A stretch of 64,000 bases of DNA, from contig JBNJNM010000013.1 in the NCBI GenBank assembly GCA_052426225.1, positions 620,001 to 684,000 on the forward strand, read 5' to 3'. The translations under genes and the position numbers were made by a program. Below the pieces are notes generated by a model that was not told the origin of the DNA, did no database searches, and was given only the letters and a program-made list of their open reading frames with translations. Below, piece by piece: positions 24,985 to 38,950 of this stretch. The DNA comes from Zancudomyces culisetae HAW-14-8 (lineage: Eukaryota; Fungi; Kickxellomycota). Within the stretch, counting starts at the first letter, position 1; each line of letters starts with the position of its first letter.

Positions 24985-26467
24985 TTCAATTTACATATAC
25001 ATATCCACATTCATGTCTATATTCACACTCACAAATATTCTCATAATTCACACAATACAAACGCAAATGCGGTGGTAATGATAGTTACAACAACAACACC
25101 GCATACCATGGCAAGAAAAAAAAAACATTACTACCCCATTATAGATGCACTATGTATCACATATTGATCTACCAATTTTCATTTATTACCATAATAAGTC
25201 TTCGCCTCCCCCTACTCATTTTTATGGCCTAAAAGCCCTTTTTGGAACGAGACTATGGCCATTGATTACATTGTGTTTACCACTAACACACATCATATGT
25301 AGTACTTGGTCCACTCATACGTCTATGTTGTGTATGTTGAGTTTAATAGATCCTTCGGACTAGTTTTGGTTTGTATACCCAAAAAAAATTACCATTTGGG
25401 TGACCTGAATCGATTTTGCAAGTTCCAAATTCAGGTTGTTCTAGTCATGCATCAACCAATCGAGCTTTGTGCTACAATTGGATAATAATAGTGCCCATTT
25501 AAGTAAATTAAATTTAATATGCTTTGTAAAAGGGCGATGTCTCAACAGACAGTGCTGAAGTTGCAGGGGCTAAATTCATATATAAAGCGTGCAAATTTTT
25601 TATGAGATTATTCACGAATATTAGCAATAACAATGAAGCAGCATTTGTAATTCATCACTCATTACTAATGCGTGACACTATGAACCAAAATTAGTATCGA
25701 AAACGCACAATTGATTTAGAGAAATGACTAAATAAAAATTTTGCAAAAAAAATTATAAAATACGAAGAAAAACGAATCCAAAATTCTCAAGAGGGTAGAA
25801 ATGTCGCAGTAGGAAAGGCAATCAAACCTATTCAGGTGCGGGCAGAATTTCAAGCAAAAAAAATGCGTATTTAACCCTTCCAAAACTATGTCTTAATAAG
25901 GTGGTTTTGCTTCACCTTTTTTACTTTATTTCCACAAAAAGTGATTTACATCCTATATCTCAAAGGAACTAATTTTTTCTTTAAAGACACCTATATCAGC
26001 GTACGGGCTTAAAGCAAGCTTATTTAATGAGCGCTGTACTACATACCGGAGCGATCTGAGCAGAAAAAAATCGGCTTGCCATGTATGTATCAACCATATT
26101 TGTGAATACAGATAGTTATTGGTGCATACAGGTATGATACTGTAGAAGTCTTAGCATAGCGTTTATTTTCAAAGTAGGTGCTTGGTAGCTGACACAATTA
26201 CCATAAACAACACTAGTAAATCACTAGATGTTTGTCCACAAGCTTTTATTGCCTTTTTTCCTTTTCTTAGTAAGAGTTTTATGGGTTTGCTTTTTCCAAT
26301 ATTTACAATGCCTTATATGTTAATCAAACGGAATTTTAATTTTAGAATGCTATTATTTGTTCTTTCTATGCAGTTTTGTAAAGGAAAATAGATTTTGATA
26401 TTATATATTGGGGTGGTGGAGCGATTTCGTGTTTGTGGTAAATGTTCAGATATCATATCCAGCCATG

Positions 26468-26475
26468 CAAAAACA

Positions 26476-26507
<32 letters not shown>

Positions 26508-26515
26508 CAAAAAAA
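26468..26515 (+). repeat. (CAAAAA)n/(CAAAA)n microsatellite
   Basis: Direct reading. Confidence 0.85.
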
Positions 26516-29500
26516 CCACATATCAAAATTTATGAGTCATACATGACATAATTATGTAGGATTAACAATAAAGTAATATTGGAAAATACACACATAGGTG
26601 CATGATAGCTTATTACTGTTTTTGCGGCTTTTAAAGGTTTATAAAAAGAATGCTGATAGCTTGATTGAAAGTCGAACACTATGGTTCTTGACTGAAGTAC
26701 ATACACACCGGAAAACCCTAGTCGTTTACAGGGCATTATTTCTGCAAATACCGGGAAACCTGACCACCCTTTAATTTCGAATGTGGGTACCTTTCATAAT
26801 CGTTACAGTATTTTTTTTTTTAAAACTATTGTGTAATGATATTTTGCCTATTTTATAATTCACTGTTGTACTAGTACTGAAAAAGGCTGCGAATTAACTA
26901 TCATGAGACTGAATGGCTTTCATGTGTGGGTAAAATCCTCCAAGTGCTGAAAGCCGGATACACGTGAGGGGTTTAGTGAAAGGTAATGGTAGGCAAATAA
27001 ATATTTTTTTTGAACGCAAATCAAACTACATATGGATTTACATTTGTATCTAATCGCCTAAAAACCAGGTTCAGAGTATTTTTGAAAGGCATAAAAGCGA
27101 AAAATAACTCTGCGGGGCTAGGTTTTTTATTTTTACTTTGTAAGGGTGCAAGGAACTGTGAATGGATATAAAGAGAAAGGCCACAAATTGATGCAGTTTT
27201 TAGTTAGTACACGACACTCAGCGAGTAAACATATTATTATAAATTTTGTTGCACCTAAAATTTACTTTGTATAGTTGGGCCGAATATATGCTTATGGCAG
27301 GATCATTTTTTGTTTATTCATCATTTCATTTTAGTATGGGTTTCTTATAGGACCTAGAAAGAATGTAAGGGTGGCACACAAATCTGATAATTCGAATATT
27401 ATTGGATAGTGTCAGCCCGCTCTAATTGCAGCAAAAAAACAGACCTTTCCAAAAAATAAAAACATATGAAACTCGAAAAATGTGATAATTATATTTTTTG
27501 GATTTACATTTGTATTTGCAATAAACATGTGCACTACCAGGTGTGACCACTAATGATTTTGCATATTGCTTCAATTTCAAATCAAATCTCGATATGCAGA
27601 TGGCGACAGAATAGTTAGGATGTTTTTCTTTTTCCTTTTGGTGTCACTAAACCTGTTACAAAAAGTGTAACAGCTTTTGCTATCATCTTAGATGGAACTC
27701 CCAAAACTATGACGACAGCACAGTCATAGTTAGAGGTATGGGTGGTATATTGGTCAATTCAGTTCAACTTAAGTTAGTGTCATTTTGTATACTCTACACT
27801 AGTTGTGAAAGTATGACTTGTATTATTATCATTTGTACGCAAATAGCTTATTTTTGCTTGATCTCGTACTGCGAATTCTACATAAGAGGCTGCCTCAAAC
27901 AACTAACCGCCTTACCTTTATTCTAAAAAAAATTTGTTGGTTCTTGTCAAATACACCATAATAAAGCCGCAATACTTGTCCCTTCAATCACCAGCAAATA
28001 TACAAGTAATTTTGGGAGGATATTCTCGCTGTTTGCGATTAGGCGCAGAGTTTATTCATTGTTACAATCAAACCCTTATACCTACTCAAAACGCGGGTGT
28101 TTACCATAAAAAGCACTAATACACAATACATCCACTAATTTGAACATTTGTGATATGAAAAAAAGAAAAATAAGAACTATTTTCGGGCAAGGCAAATTTG
28201 TGGAACATTGAAAATGATGCAATTTCAATTGCGCTCAATAAATATTTTGAAATTACATTAAAAGTGTAAAACTACCCAATTTCAAAATCAATGATCTATT
28301 TACCTTGTGATACGAACTAGATAAATTAATGCTGAATGTGCTTGATAAATACACACATTTTCCTGGAAAAAAAATGAGGGGTCACCATAATACCTAATAA
28401 ATCGTTTTACAAAACTCTTATGGAGCTAATAGGAAAGTTATTTACAAAAAGGAAAAATATAGATCCGAATTTTCTGATTTATTCATGTAAACCAGCCCGC
28501 AGACTTGATCCAAATTGTAAAAAAATGGGATGGATTGGAAATTCTGTAGCCATAGCTAAGAAATGCTGGGTAGGCGTTGGTGATTTGTGGATGTAACCAT
28601 CAAGCTATTTGCTTCAATAATGGCAGTACGAAAAGAGATGAAAGAGGGAAGAAAAGGGATGAGGATGGGGATGAGGATGAGGAAGACAGTCTCTGATAAG
28701 ACATATTATTCATATTCCTGTTAATTTCTGCACAAGCTGGCAAATTGGAAAGCTATTTCTGTATTGCTATCACGTGTACACTTTATTATATGCAAAAATC
28801 GCTTGATCTTACAAAGTTAATATGTAATTAGAAAATTCTACTTTTCTCAGCTGTATTATAAAAAAACTATGTAGAAACATATACATTATCAAATAGTCTG
28901 TGTTAATATGTCTAAAAAATATATTTATAAAAAGGCAACCACATCTATCAATGATGATTATGCTACAAAGAAATAAGGCACTAATGAGTATCAATTATAA
29001 TGAATTATAGCAATCTTTGCTAAAGAAGATGCTATATACCCTCGTAATTTCAAATTTTGAGATCAAGATAAAATGCTTAAAACAAAGGGCAAGTCTTACC
29101 TAGCTTGCTTACACATAGATCCTTGTGTAAACTATTTTTCTCTTTTTTTTTCTTTTTCTTTTTGTTCATATGATTATTTATGTTTATGATTACATTTGTA
29201 TGTTATTTCAATTTGTGTCTGTAGCTGTATTTATATCTGACTTTCTGTTTCGAAACCCTATCATATGGCTCAAAATTAAGGTAATGCTATAAGTATACAT
29301 GGGTCTAGCTAGTACAAAAGCGCAGCACAGTATCTAAGATATAAGTTTTTGATTGTCCTGCTAAGGACACAGCAACCAGGCCAAGATGTAAATATATAGA
29401 TTCGCTTATATTCACTATATTTGGATGTTATGTTAGTATTCAAAAGAATAAAAACTTCCTTAAAACTACTGTGAAAGTTTACTAGTACAGTAGTATCCAC

Positions 29501-30747
29501 ATTTTTACGCTCTGTTAGTGTTTTCCCGGAAATACAAAATTTGCCACGCAGTAAAGTAGAAAGGCGATCAAAATTGGAATTGGATCTACACTGTATTAGG
29601 TTTAAAAAACTACATCATTTTTATGGTACTCTTATTGAATCTACCACCAATACATGTATATTTAAAGTACGCAAACGTATATTTATTATAGCACAATCGA
29701 AATCAAATCATTGCATTTTGCAACAAACTCTATTCTTCTTGGTCGATATATGCAACAAAAGATAAAATCAAAGTATGTTGATATAAGTGAATCATGTTTT
29801 AGCATTTAATCAAACTCATTTTCATCAAAAAGCATATTAATCAAAAAAGGAAAAGTGTTGGTGTACTTCAAGTTTATACTGTATCACCACTCCTTGTAAC
29901 CACATTTATCACATTTGTATCTATAATCAAATCTTCAACTTTGACGTTAAAGAGCTAGTGCGTTATTCCAGAATTTTTCACATATTTTCCGTACATTTTT
30001 CATATTTGGTACGCTTTGTGTCCTGTATTAGTTACTTTTCCCTAAATTTTTAAATTCTTTATGCGTTAAGCAAGTATACTATCTCGCAAAAAAAAATAAG
30101 CTACGTTAACAATGAAACAAAACCAGTGCTATGTAAACGCCTATAAATAAAGTAGTGTGGAAACAAAAGAAGGTTATACTATAAGCCTGTTGGTTAGTGC
30201 CTGTATGTTAAGCATAAATGGGCTGAAATGGTTGGGAAATTTTTTGGGAAAATCAAACAAGCACATCTACCCAAAAAAATCAAAAAATTTCTTCCAATCA
30301 AAACCAGAGTTGTCAATAACCCAATCTATTGTTTGAGATTTTGTATTTACGGAAATAAATGGATAAATTCCAAAATAAAAGAAACACCTGCCATCTCGCA
30401 TATTTTCAAGTAAAGCTTCAATATATGAAAACAACCAAGAGCATCCAGCTCGAACACTTATATATTTGGGCAAAGAGTTTCTATTCACGCTAGTAATATA
30501 TGGGAACTTACGAGATTTTATGTTAAATCTGTATTGTAAAGCTCGAGTTTTCATAAGAAAAAATCAAGGTAAGAATTTTATAGTCAGACATTCAAGATTC
30601 TGTTTTTAAACTTCAAAATAAAGATCTTGGCAGATTTATAGGTAAATACAAAAAGTATCGAAGGATCCAATTGAGTTCACACTGTTTGGTGTTTTATTTT
30701 GTTTTAAAGAATTAATATAATAATTCAAGTATAGAAAAAAGGTCAGG

Positions 30748-32802
30748 ATGGCAGGATTAAAGCGAGTGGCATTGTATTTTTTTCTGTTTTTGATAATAAC
30801 AGTGAATTCAGAATTTGCACCCCTATCGAGATCATCCAATAGGCATTCGAGATGTGCAGGATTATATAAGGGTCCAGCGAATAGCCCTTCGAAAGTTATG
30901 GGTAAGTACAGATGCAGAGCTTAATATTAATGCTCTTTGCTTTGTATTTATATTTATTGCAAATGGTTTGATTATCAAGCATGCTATGTTAAAATGACTA
31001 CAAACATTTTAGCTAACACTTAATATAAATATTAACACAATAGTAAATCTCAAGGGTATTACTTCAGCCGGAACAACACTAAGAATCATCAATTACAATG
31101 ATTACAAGAATTTTGGGATTTCAATAAAAAAGGTAATGTAAAAAACAGTGTTTATCAAAACGCAAGTACAATAGCCAACAAATAAATGTATCATAAATAG
31201 GATCAAGGTGAAACTGTAAAATCTATTTGTGACCAAGAGGCGATCACCTTGGGATTATGCACAGAAAGAAATTTGGGAAGATATCTAATAAAGGAAAAGG
31301 ATGGCAGTGGAAATCCAATCAAATTTGTTCAAAAAGCCTTTAACGATTATATTGAAAGAGAGGGCGATGATGGGAAAGGCTATACTGCACTTGAAAAGAT
31401 AGAATCTTACAGGGAAAATCCCGCATTAACAAACGAAGGCTTTGCCTCAGAGTTGGTGGTACCTAGAACAAAGATGGTATTATTTTCGGATTTACGCGAG
31501 AACTTGATCGATGGTATTGCAAATATAACATGGGTCGGTGCGCAAGAAGTTATCGTAACATACCAAGTTAATGCCACGGGATACTATTGTGTCGACACAT
31601 TGGGAAGCGGTGAATTTATTGGACGAGCGGACTGGATAAGTGGTTATGGAAGTCTACCGGCGTCGGAATATATAAAAATAGGTTTTTATCAAGCAATGGC
31701 TGTAATATACGCGGTGATCTTGATAGCGTGGATATGGATGTCAGTAAAAGTACGGAAGGACCTACTACCACTCCAAAGCTACATTGGATCGCTTATTGGG
31801 GTTATGCTGGTAAATATGTTACTCTCTGCATACTACTGGCGAGGGTACAACGCTTACGGATCTGCTAGCCAAGCATTAGCAATATTAATGGTTGTTTTCA
31901 GCGCAGCAAGAAACAGTTTGGCGTTTTTCCTACTCCTGGTGGTCTGTTTAGGATATGGAATCGTCAGGCCAACCTTGGGCTCAACGATGAACCAGTGCTT
32001 AATTTTGTTAGGACTCCATTTTATTGCAGGATGCGTATATGGTTTAGTCAACACAGACCGAGACGATAGTGAAATCGATGATGACTCGTTGTTTGTGGTG
32101 CTTCCAATCATGATCTTTACAATGATTTTTTATGTATGGAGTATGCATTCTGTTGTTGCAACGACCAGGATCTTGGAGACTCGCCGCCAATCCTACAAGC
32201 TTTCCATGTACAACAAGATGTGGAATCTGTTATTTTACTCCATTATTGCACTTTTTGCCTTTTTCGCAGTGAACATTGCCAATGTTGCTATGATGGGCGA
32301 CACAAACTGGACCGAAAAATCCTGGAGGTTCAGGTGGATGCTGTTTGACGGATGGCTAAACATTCACTTTTTGGTGGTCTTTTGCATCTTTTTGTGGATG
32401 TGGAGGCCAACAGAAAACAACCACAGATATGGTATCGAACAGCTTATGGGTGATGAAGGTGATGCTTGGGAGAGAGGTCCTAGTCATGATGGTCATGCCA
32501 TGATGCTTGCAGACGAGCGTGACTTCCAGTTGGCGTTGGAGGAGGCCGACAGGGTTGCCGATTCATTTGTTTTGCAAGAACAAAGCTCCAGACTCTCTTC
32601 ATCTTACCGAAATGTGAACCAACCCGATTCACAAGCTACTGCCAGATTTGTACTGGATGACGATGATAACCTTAGTGATGATGACCATGATCTGAATCTT
32701 GACAAAACTGGTGAGCCCAAAGATAGCTTAGATAGCAGTATTGATAACTTTGAGATTTCTCATAAGGAACCAGGCAATCTTGATGACGTGAAAAAATCCT
32801 GA
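30748..32802 (+). CDS. PTM1: PTM1/GPR107-like (lung seven-transmembrane receptor family) membrane protein; exons 30748-30901, 31044-31132, 31201-32802
   Basis: Signal peptide MAGLKRVALYFFLFLIITVNS, CAGLY motif, YQVNATGYYCV, YGSLPASEY, LLVVCLGYGIVRPTL, MWRPTENN and an acidic tail. Confidence 0.88.
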
Positions 32803-33634
32803 TGAGTGCATGTTTTCCGTTTTTTCCACGTTTACATTCTTATCTTTACTTTGTCAGTTTTGTGTTTATTTGATTATTCCATGTTTTCACTTTTCATTAC
32901 TAAACTAGATCTCCAGTACATGTTTTATTTTTTATTTCTGTTTTTTCCTTTCTGGGTCCATTGCAAGAGTATTAAAAGTACAAAAATGGATTCACAAGTC
33001 CAAACTATCGCTGTAAGCAACTTTTAAACATGCATGGGTTGTGATATATAATACAAGTTTGGTGTTGCCATTTTTCGCGTTTTGTTTTTATTTTTATTTT
33101 TCTTTTAATCCTGCATTTTTTCCAGAAGATTAGGGCTGGCTTGAGTTGAAAGAAACAACAGAATACTGGGCAATTTAGCAAAGTGAGTTAAAAAAGTAAA
33201 TAAAAGTAAATAAGGCTAAATAAGACCAGCAAATGGAAATTACAAGGTTCACGTAAACCCAAAACCAAAAGCAAATGAAATTGGTCGAAATTCCGCTTTA
33301 TTTTTTTTAAATTTTTTTTCTTCCAAGTTGGGCTAAATGTTACCATTAAAAAAAACGGATAAAAAAACTTGCATCGTCTATATTTTGGAAGAATGAAAAC
33401 GAGTTAATGTCCGCCATAAGAATAAAAGGCAAAGAAAAACGAATACCAATCTACAAAAACAAAAGAACTTTGGAAAATTGACCATTGTAAACGCAGAAAG
33501 AGAAATATTTACGAGAAAAAAGCTTCAAGCTGATTTAAACGATCAAAAGACAGGAAGGAAGAGATAGTATATTCTTTTCAGACAAGTAACATATCTAACC
33601 CATAGATTTCAAAGCACGAATTACAAACGCAAAA

Positions 33635-35995
33635 ATGGCAACAGAAATCAAATACAAGGCCGAGACCGAGTTTTTTGCCAATCGTGAGTATTTCTGACGT
33701 TAATTCTTGCAGTATTCATTTAGATTTTGAAAACTAGTGTTTAATAAATTTGGGGTACCACACTACTAACTTAGCTGAAGAAATCCAGGGACAAGCAGAA
33801 ATTAGTGCAAAGCAGGTACAGAAATACTCTGCTGATTGTACGAGTCAAGGAATAAAAACAAGCCTGTCTATCAGGGTAAGCCCCATAATAATAACCCGAT
33901 CCATGCTGTAGATGGATTGGTGTAAACGTTGGATACGTGTGAGGGAGGCGATGAGGTGGAGAGGTTGAGATACATACTAAAATCGGTATAATGAAAAAAA
34001 TAGGCTAAACTAGCAGAGCTTTTGCAGAAGAAAAAGCTCGAGGAGGCAAATAATGTTGAGGGAGAGTGCTGGGAGGATGGCGGGTATGTCCAACTTGACG
34101 AAAATACCAGCAGTATAGTTAAGGACCTGATTTCACAAAGGTAAGAATAGTATGAGACGCCGAATATTATGTATACTTGTTGCGTATTGGTTTTATAACT
34201 TGATGAAAAAAAAAACAAATAGCGAGTCTATTGAACGAGTACACAAAGAAAGGATATTTGAGGAGGAAATTACAGAAAGGGAAATGGACATCATCAACCA
34301 AAGAGTGGCACTCCAGCAAAAGCAGGCAAGTCATAGTTATTAAGAAACTACACCTGTAGAGAATTTCTTTTTTTAACGATATTTGCGAGAATATCACATA
34401 TGATAGAGTTAACTACAATTCATCAAAAAAAATAGTTTGCAGAGTTTGAGAGAAGAGAATTTCAGGTCAAGTCAAAAAAGATAAGAGGAATATTTGAAAA
34501 CCTAAACGACGAGGAGATTACGCTTTCACTAAAAAAGAGCAAAAACGATGAGGACGAAGCAATCATACAACTTTCGTCGCCAGGGTTTTTGATGGAGATC
34601 CGAAAAGAAATAGCGTATCAGTACACGCCAAAGGCAGAAGAAGTCACGATGACAGATATGCAAAGACATGAGTATGAAGTGCTTCTTAAGAAACGTACCA
34701 AGACAATCAAGAAGACGACAGCAGAAGCCGTTAAACGAAAGCAGCACACAGTTGGAAGACTACCATTGGATAAGGCATTGGAACAGCTCCGACAACACAC
34801 CAAGGAAGCAGGCGAAGGGGGAGGTAAGGACAAAGGAAGGCATCTGGAGGATGCAATGAAAGGATGGTCAGTGGCACGGATAAAGGCATATAAAGCCATT
34901 AAAACACGGCCAAACGCGTATTACTATCGGTTCAATGCACCAGGTGAAGTACAACGAGTGGGACAATGGACACAGGAGGAGCAGCGATTATTTCATTCTA
35001 GGTTGGCGGAAATAGGAGCAAACGGACAGTGGGGGATATTTAGCATGGTGATTCCAGGCAGAGTAGGATATCAATGTTCAAACTACTACAGATACTTGAT
35101 CGAAAGCAAGCAGCTGGTTGATCCAAACTATGTACTAGACAGCAAGGGAAAGGCACACTTTTTGTTTACAACAAAGCGCAAAAACGCGGATGGAACAGCG
35201 GTTAAAGAGTTTCGTGTTCACAACAGACAGAATAAAGCTGGTGCAAAGAGGGTAAAAGCATCTGGAAGAAGAAAGTACGACCTCAGCGACGATACCGAGG
35301 AAATGACGCCCGAATCAAGCAGTGACTCTTCATCGGCCTCAGTTGGGGCGAGCAGGTACAGAGGAGCGAGTAACAGAGGTTATAAGAGGCGCCGGATGTC
35401 CGATTCGGATGATGAAATCCGTGCGGACGACGTTTCGCTATCCTCTGACGATGACGGGCTGCAGCGAAACTCCAGCGATAGAGAGTATTACCAAGCGCCG
35501 CCTCGTGCAACAGGCACAACGGCACTGGGGCTGAGACGCAGCAACAGGGTCGGCAAATCGTCGAAATCCAAGCATGGTCACCAAAGTTATACAAACTCCG
35601 ACTCGGGCCGCAGCTCAACTGTTGAAGGATCCAACTATAATGGCGGCGCAAGCTCTGACGCCAACAATGCATCATCCACTTTTCTCGCGAACTCCAACAA
35701 CGATATTTACATCTCGGACTCTGAATACGAGTCTGAAGATACTAACTACAATCCGCTCAATCCTCTTCCAGATTTTACTGACCCAATTACCCTTGAAAAG
35801 GTCACAAAGCCTGCCATCTCGCCTTATGGCCATGTCATGGACTATGACAGCTGGATTAGATGCTTGATGTTTCCTCCAGACGGCTCGCAAAAAAACATAT
35901 GCCCTTTAACTAAAAAACCGCTAAACAAACGCGAGCTTGTGATTCTGACCCATGATAACATTGAGGAATACCGAGATAGAATCGTCAATAAATAA
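33635..35995 (+). CDS. Myb/SANT-domain protein with an N-terminal CUE/UBA-like segment and a C-terminal U-box; exons 33635-33683, 33775-33875, 34004-34140, 34223-34325, 34436-35995 (649 aa)
   Basis: Myb repeat GQWTQEEQRLF...WGIFSMVIPGRVGYQCSNYY. U-box DPITLEKVTKPAISPYGHVMDYDSW...CPLTKKPL. CUE-like KIRGIFENLNDEEITLSLKKSKNDEDEAIIQL. Intron 4 is GC-AG. Confidence 0.82.
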
Positions 35996-36098
35996 AAGCT
36001 GGTATTTGATTATTGAGTTTTTTATTTTCAACTTGAAAGCAAATTTACTATTATTACCAATGCTTTTTTTCTAGTTCTATCACTAAACTTTGGAGATA

Positions 36099-38062
36099 TC
36101 ATTTTGATTTGTGGGTTATCTTTGAGTCTGTGTAGTGCCCATAAAACATTAATCTCAAATTATTTATAAGCCCAAAATTGTAAATGTTTGGAATGTAGTC
36201 AGGCGAGTCTACCAAAACTCTATCACTAGGGATATGAGTGTTCTCTTGCTCGTCAGGCTCAATGATTTCCAAGTATCCTCGAGTATAGAGAAATCGGTCT
36301 GTTGGGTGAGTAGTTGTGGTGATGCTACCAGCAGAGGTAGCAATTGATGTGTGAGCCCCTTCAATATGGCCCTCAGCCTGCTCCTTTTCCTTGTCACTAG
36401 TGTTTGTGCGTCTTCTTTCACTGTTGTGGGTGTTGTTATGGTTGTTGCTGTCGGGGTATACTACAAATAGCACTCTGTCCCGTATGGCGTTTCTTACGCT
36501 TTCCCATTTGTAACTTTCATTAGTAGTGGTTCCATCAACTGCCCATAGTTTGAACTGATAAAGGAAAAATGAAAATACAATTGGAACTATACAAACCAAA
36601 AACACAAATAAACCCACCGTTAATCCGTGTTCAGGTGCCAGGGCCTGAACTGAATCCCAGAATGTCAATGGAACATACATGCCCGCTGATTTGTCATATT
36701 TTTTCATATTTGCTATCCCGCTGGTTTCATAAATGCGGAATAATACCAACCATAGCACATAGCCTCCATAGCTACAAAGCACACAGAGCGTAATCAAAAA
36801 CAAGATGAAGTATCGATAATTATTCAGTCCTAAGCATGTATTGAACCATATACAGTGATGATCAAACATTGCGACGCATCGATTACACAGTGAACAGTGT
36901 TTTGATCGCGCTGGCTTTAATATCGCACATGTTCTGCATTTGGATTTTACATACATAACATTATCCCACTCGAATAGCCTGTAGTGGTATTCCGCGTTCT
37001 CGTGTGTGATTGTTGCTGGATCCACAATACACGTCATTACATAAAAGTACAGGTTGATCGCGATTGCTAGCCACAAAAGATAACTATAGTTAACATATGT
37101 TTTTATTGGTATATTTATTAGCGACTAGGTTGCGGTGTTTTAAAATATACAATTAGCATATTGGTTAAACAAAATAGATGTAATTACTACTCACATGTGG
37201 TATTTCCATACTCTCGTCTCTATTATCTGGTTGAGAACATTGAATATGTAGATATATAGAGATCCAGAATACAACGCGATAAAGAAAATCTAAAAACGTT
37301 TAATACGGCAATTATCATGTTCTTTTGTGTTAGGAGAAGGAGTAAGTAAAATTTAGTAAGTTATATCTGCCGCTTCAGACAATATAAACATATTCCAATA
37401 TGTATTCATGTATCAGGTACTTTAAGAACAGATGACACAACCCATATTTAACAAATGTCGATGCTTACTTGTACCAATGGATTTGACTGGAAAAATACAT
37501 AATTACACAAGCTTGCCGTTTTCTTGTATATTCTAAGTCCGACCACCCTTTTAAGTGCATGTCTATAATTTTATCGATACAAATCATCTGTAATTCACCA
37601 TGCAAATATATTTAATATATAATAAAAAAACTGGATTGAATAGTTATCTCGATTACATGTAGCAAAATAAATGAGTATATAGTAGTTACATTAGAGCGTC
37701 GTGGAGTGTATGATTCACATATATATATGCTGCCTCAACAGGAGTGCCTCTGTAGTTTATATTTTGCTCGTTATTTTTCAATTGTATACACCACTTCCCC
37801 TCATAAATGCTATTGACAATTTAAGCCAAATTAGAAATATAGTCCTATTACCTGAATACCAACGATGGCCCGCATATTAACAAGAATATATACACCAACA
37901 CCAATAGTATGAAGGATATCCCGATAGCTAATCCCCAAGCCTATTTCGTATTAATATTCACACCCAACTATTGATATCAACTTTTTTTTATCTGTTGCTG
38001 TTCTAATGCCGTCTTTATAGTAAGTTTCTTTTTCTTTAGATAGGATTTAAATAAAGTACCAT
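36099..38062 (-). CDS. SWF1: DHHC palmitoyltransferase, SWF1/ZDHHC4 type; 6 exons, first coding exon is the ATG alone (38062-38060)
   Basis: [44 protein letters not shown] and NIYNFG. Upstream exons give [15 protein letters not shown]...NPLVQIFF, typical of Swf1. Confidence 0.88.
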
Positions 38063-38950
38063 TTTAAAGTCGATATTGCGCACGTTTTACACGTATTTAA
38101 TCGGGCGTTGTTAATAACACTTTTGATTCAAAAAGGTATCCCTAACCTGCGTGCGTAGATTTCCTGTGGAGTTGTCCAGTGTGCGTTTTTACCGTTATGA
38201 TTACCAGAACACTGTCAGTTTATTGCTGTATCTTCGTATTTTCTAGATTCCAGTAATTCTTTTCTAATTCATATTCATTGATTTGAGCTATTGTCACTTT
38301 GAACGATCTGAACTGTTTATTCCCTTGAATCTACTTTCTCACCACTTTTACTGGTTTGAGTGTATACATAAAAGTAGAATGTTTGCAGACATTCTAGTCA
38401 CTTACGTCTATTTTATTATTACCAGCTAAATGTTCCTCTTTGTAGCCGTGCTGTGGATCCAACTTCCTCAGTAAGCATTGTTAAAGCTGAAAACCAAAAT
38501 AGAATGAATCCTATTTGCGTCTTTGCTCTGTTGTTAAGTTTCCAATTTCAGCATTACATAATTCTAAAAAAAAATTGCTGCTTTTATGGGTTTCTGATTT
38601 AGTTACCACTACCAATACCAAAAACACAAGAACAAATGGTATAACCTGCCCATCTACTTTGACCAAAGAATTGGTTGTGTGTGTGTGTGTGTGTGCCTCT
38701 TACCATTTGTTATTTGATATCCATATGAAATATGCACTACTGCGCCACGACTCTTACAAATACACTGGAGCAGAAAAAGGGGATCAAATATACTTTTTTT
38801 GTTTTTAGCAATATGTGTATGTAACTTTCCAAGTATACAAATACCACGCTCAAAAAAAATAAATAATAAATACAAGTATTGGTGTGTAGATAGAAAAAGT
38901 TAGAGTTTGCAAGAAAATAAAAAGGTACTATAACATAAATCCCGGTAACA

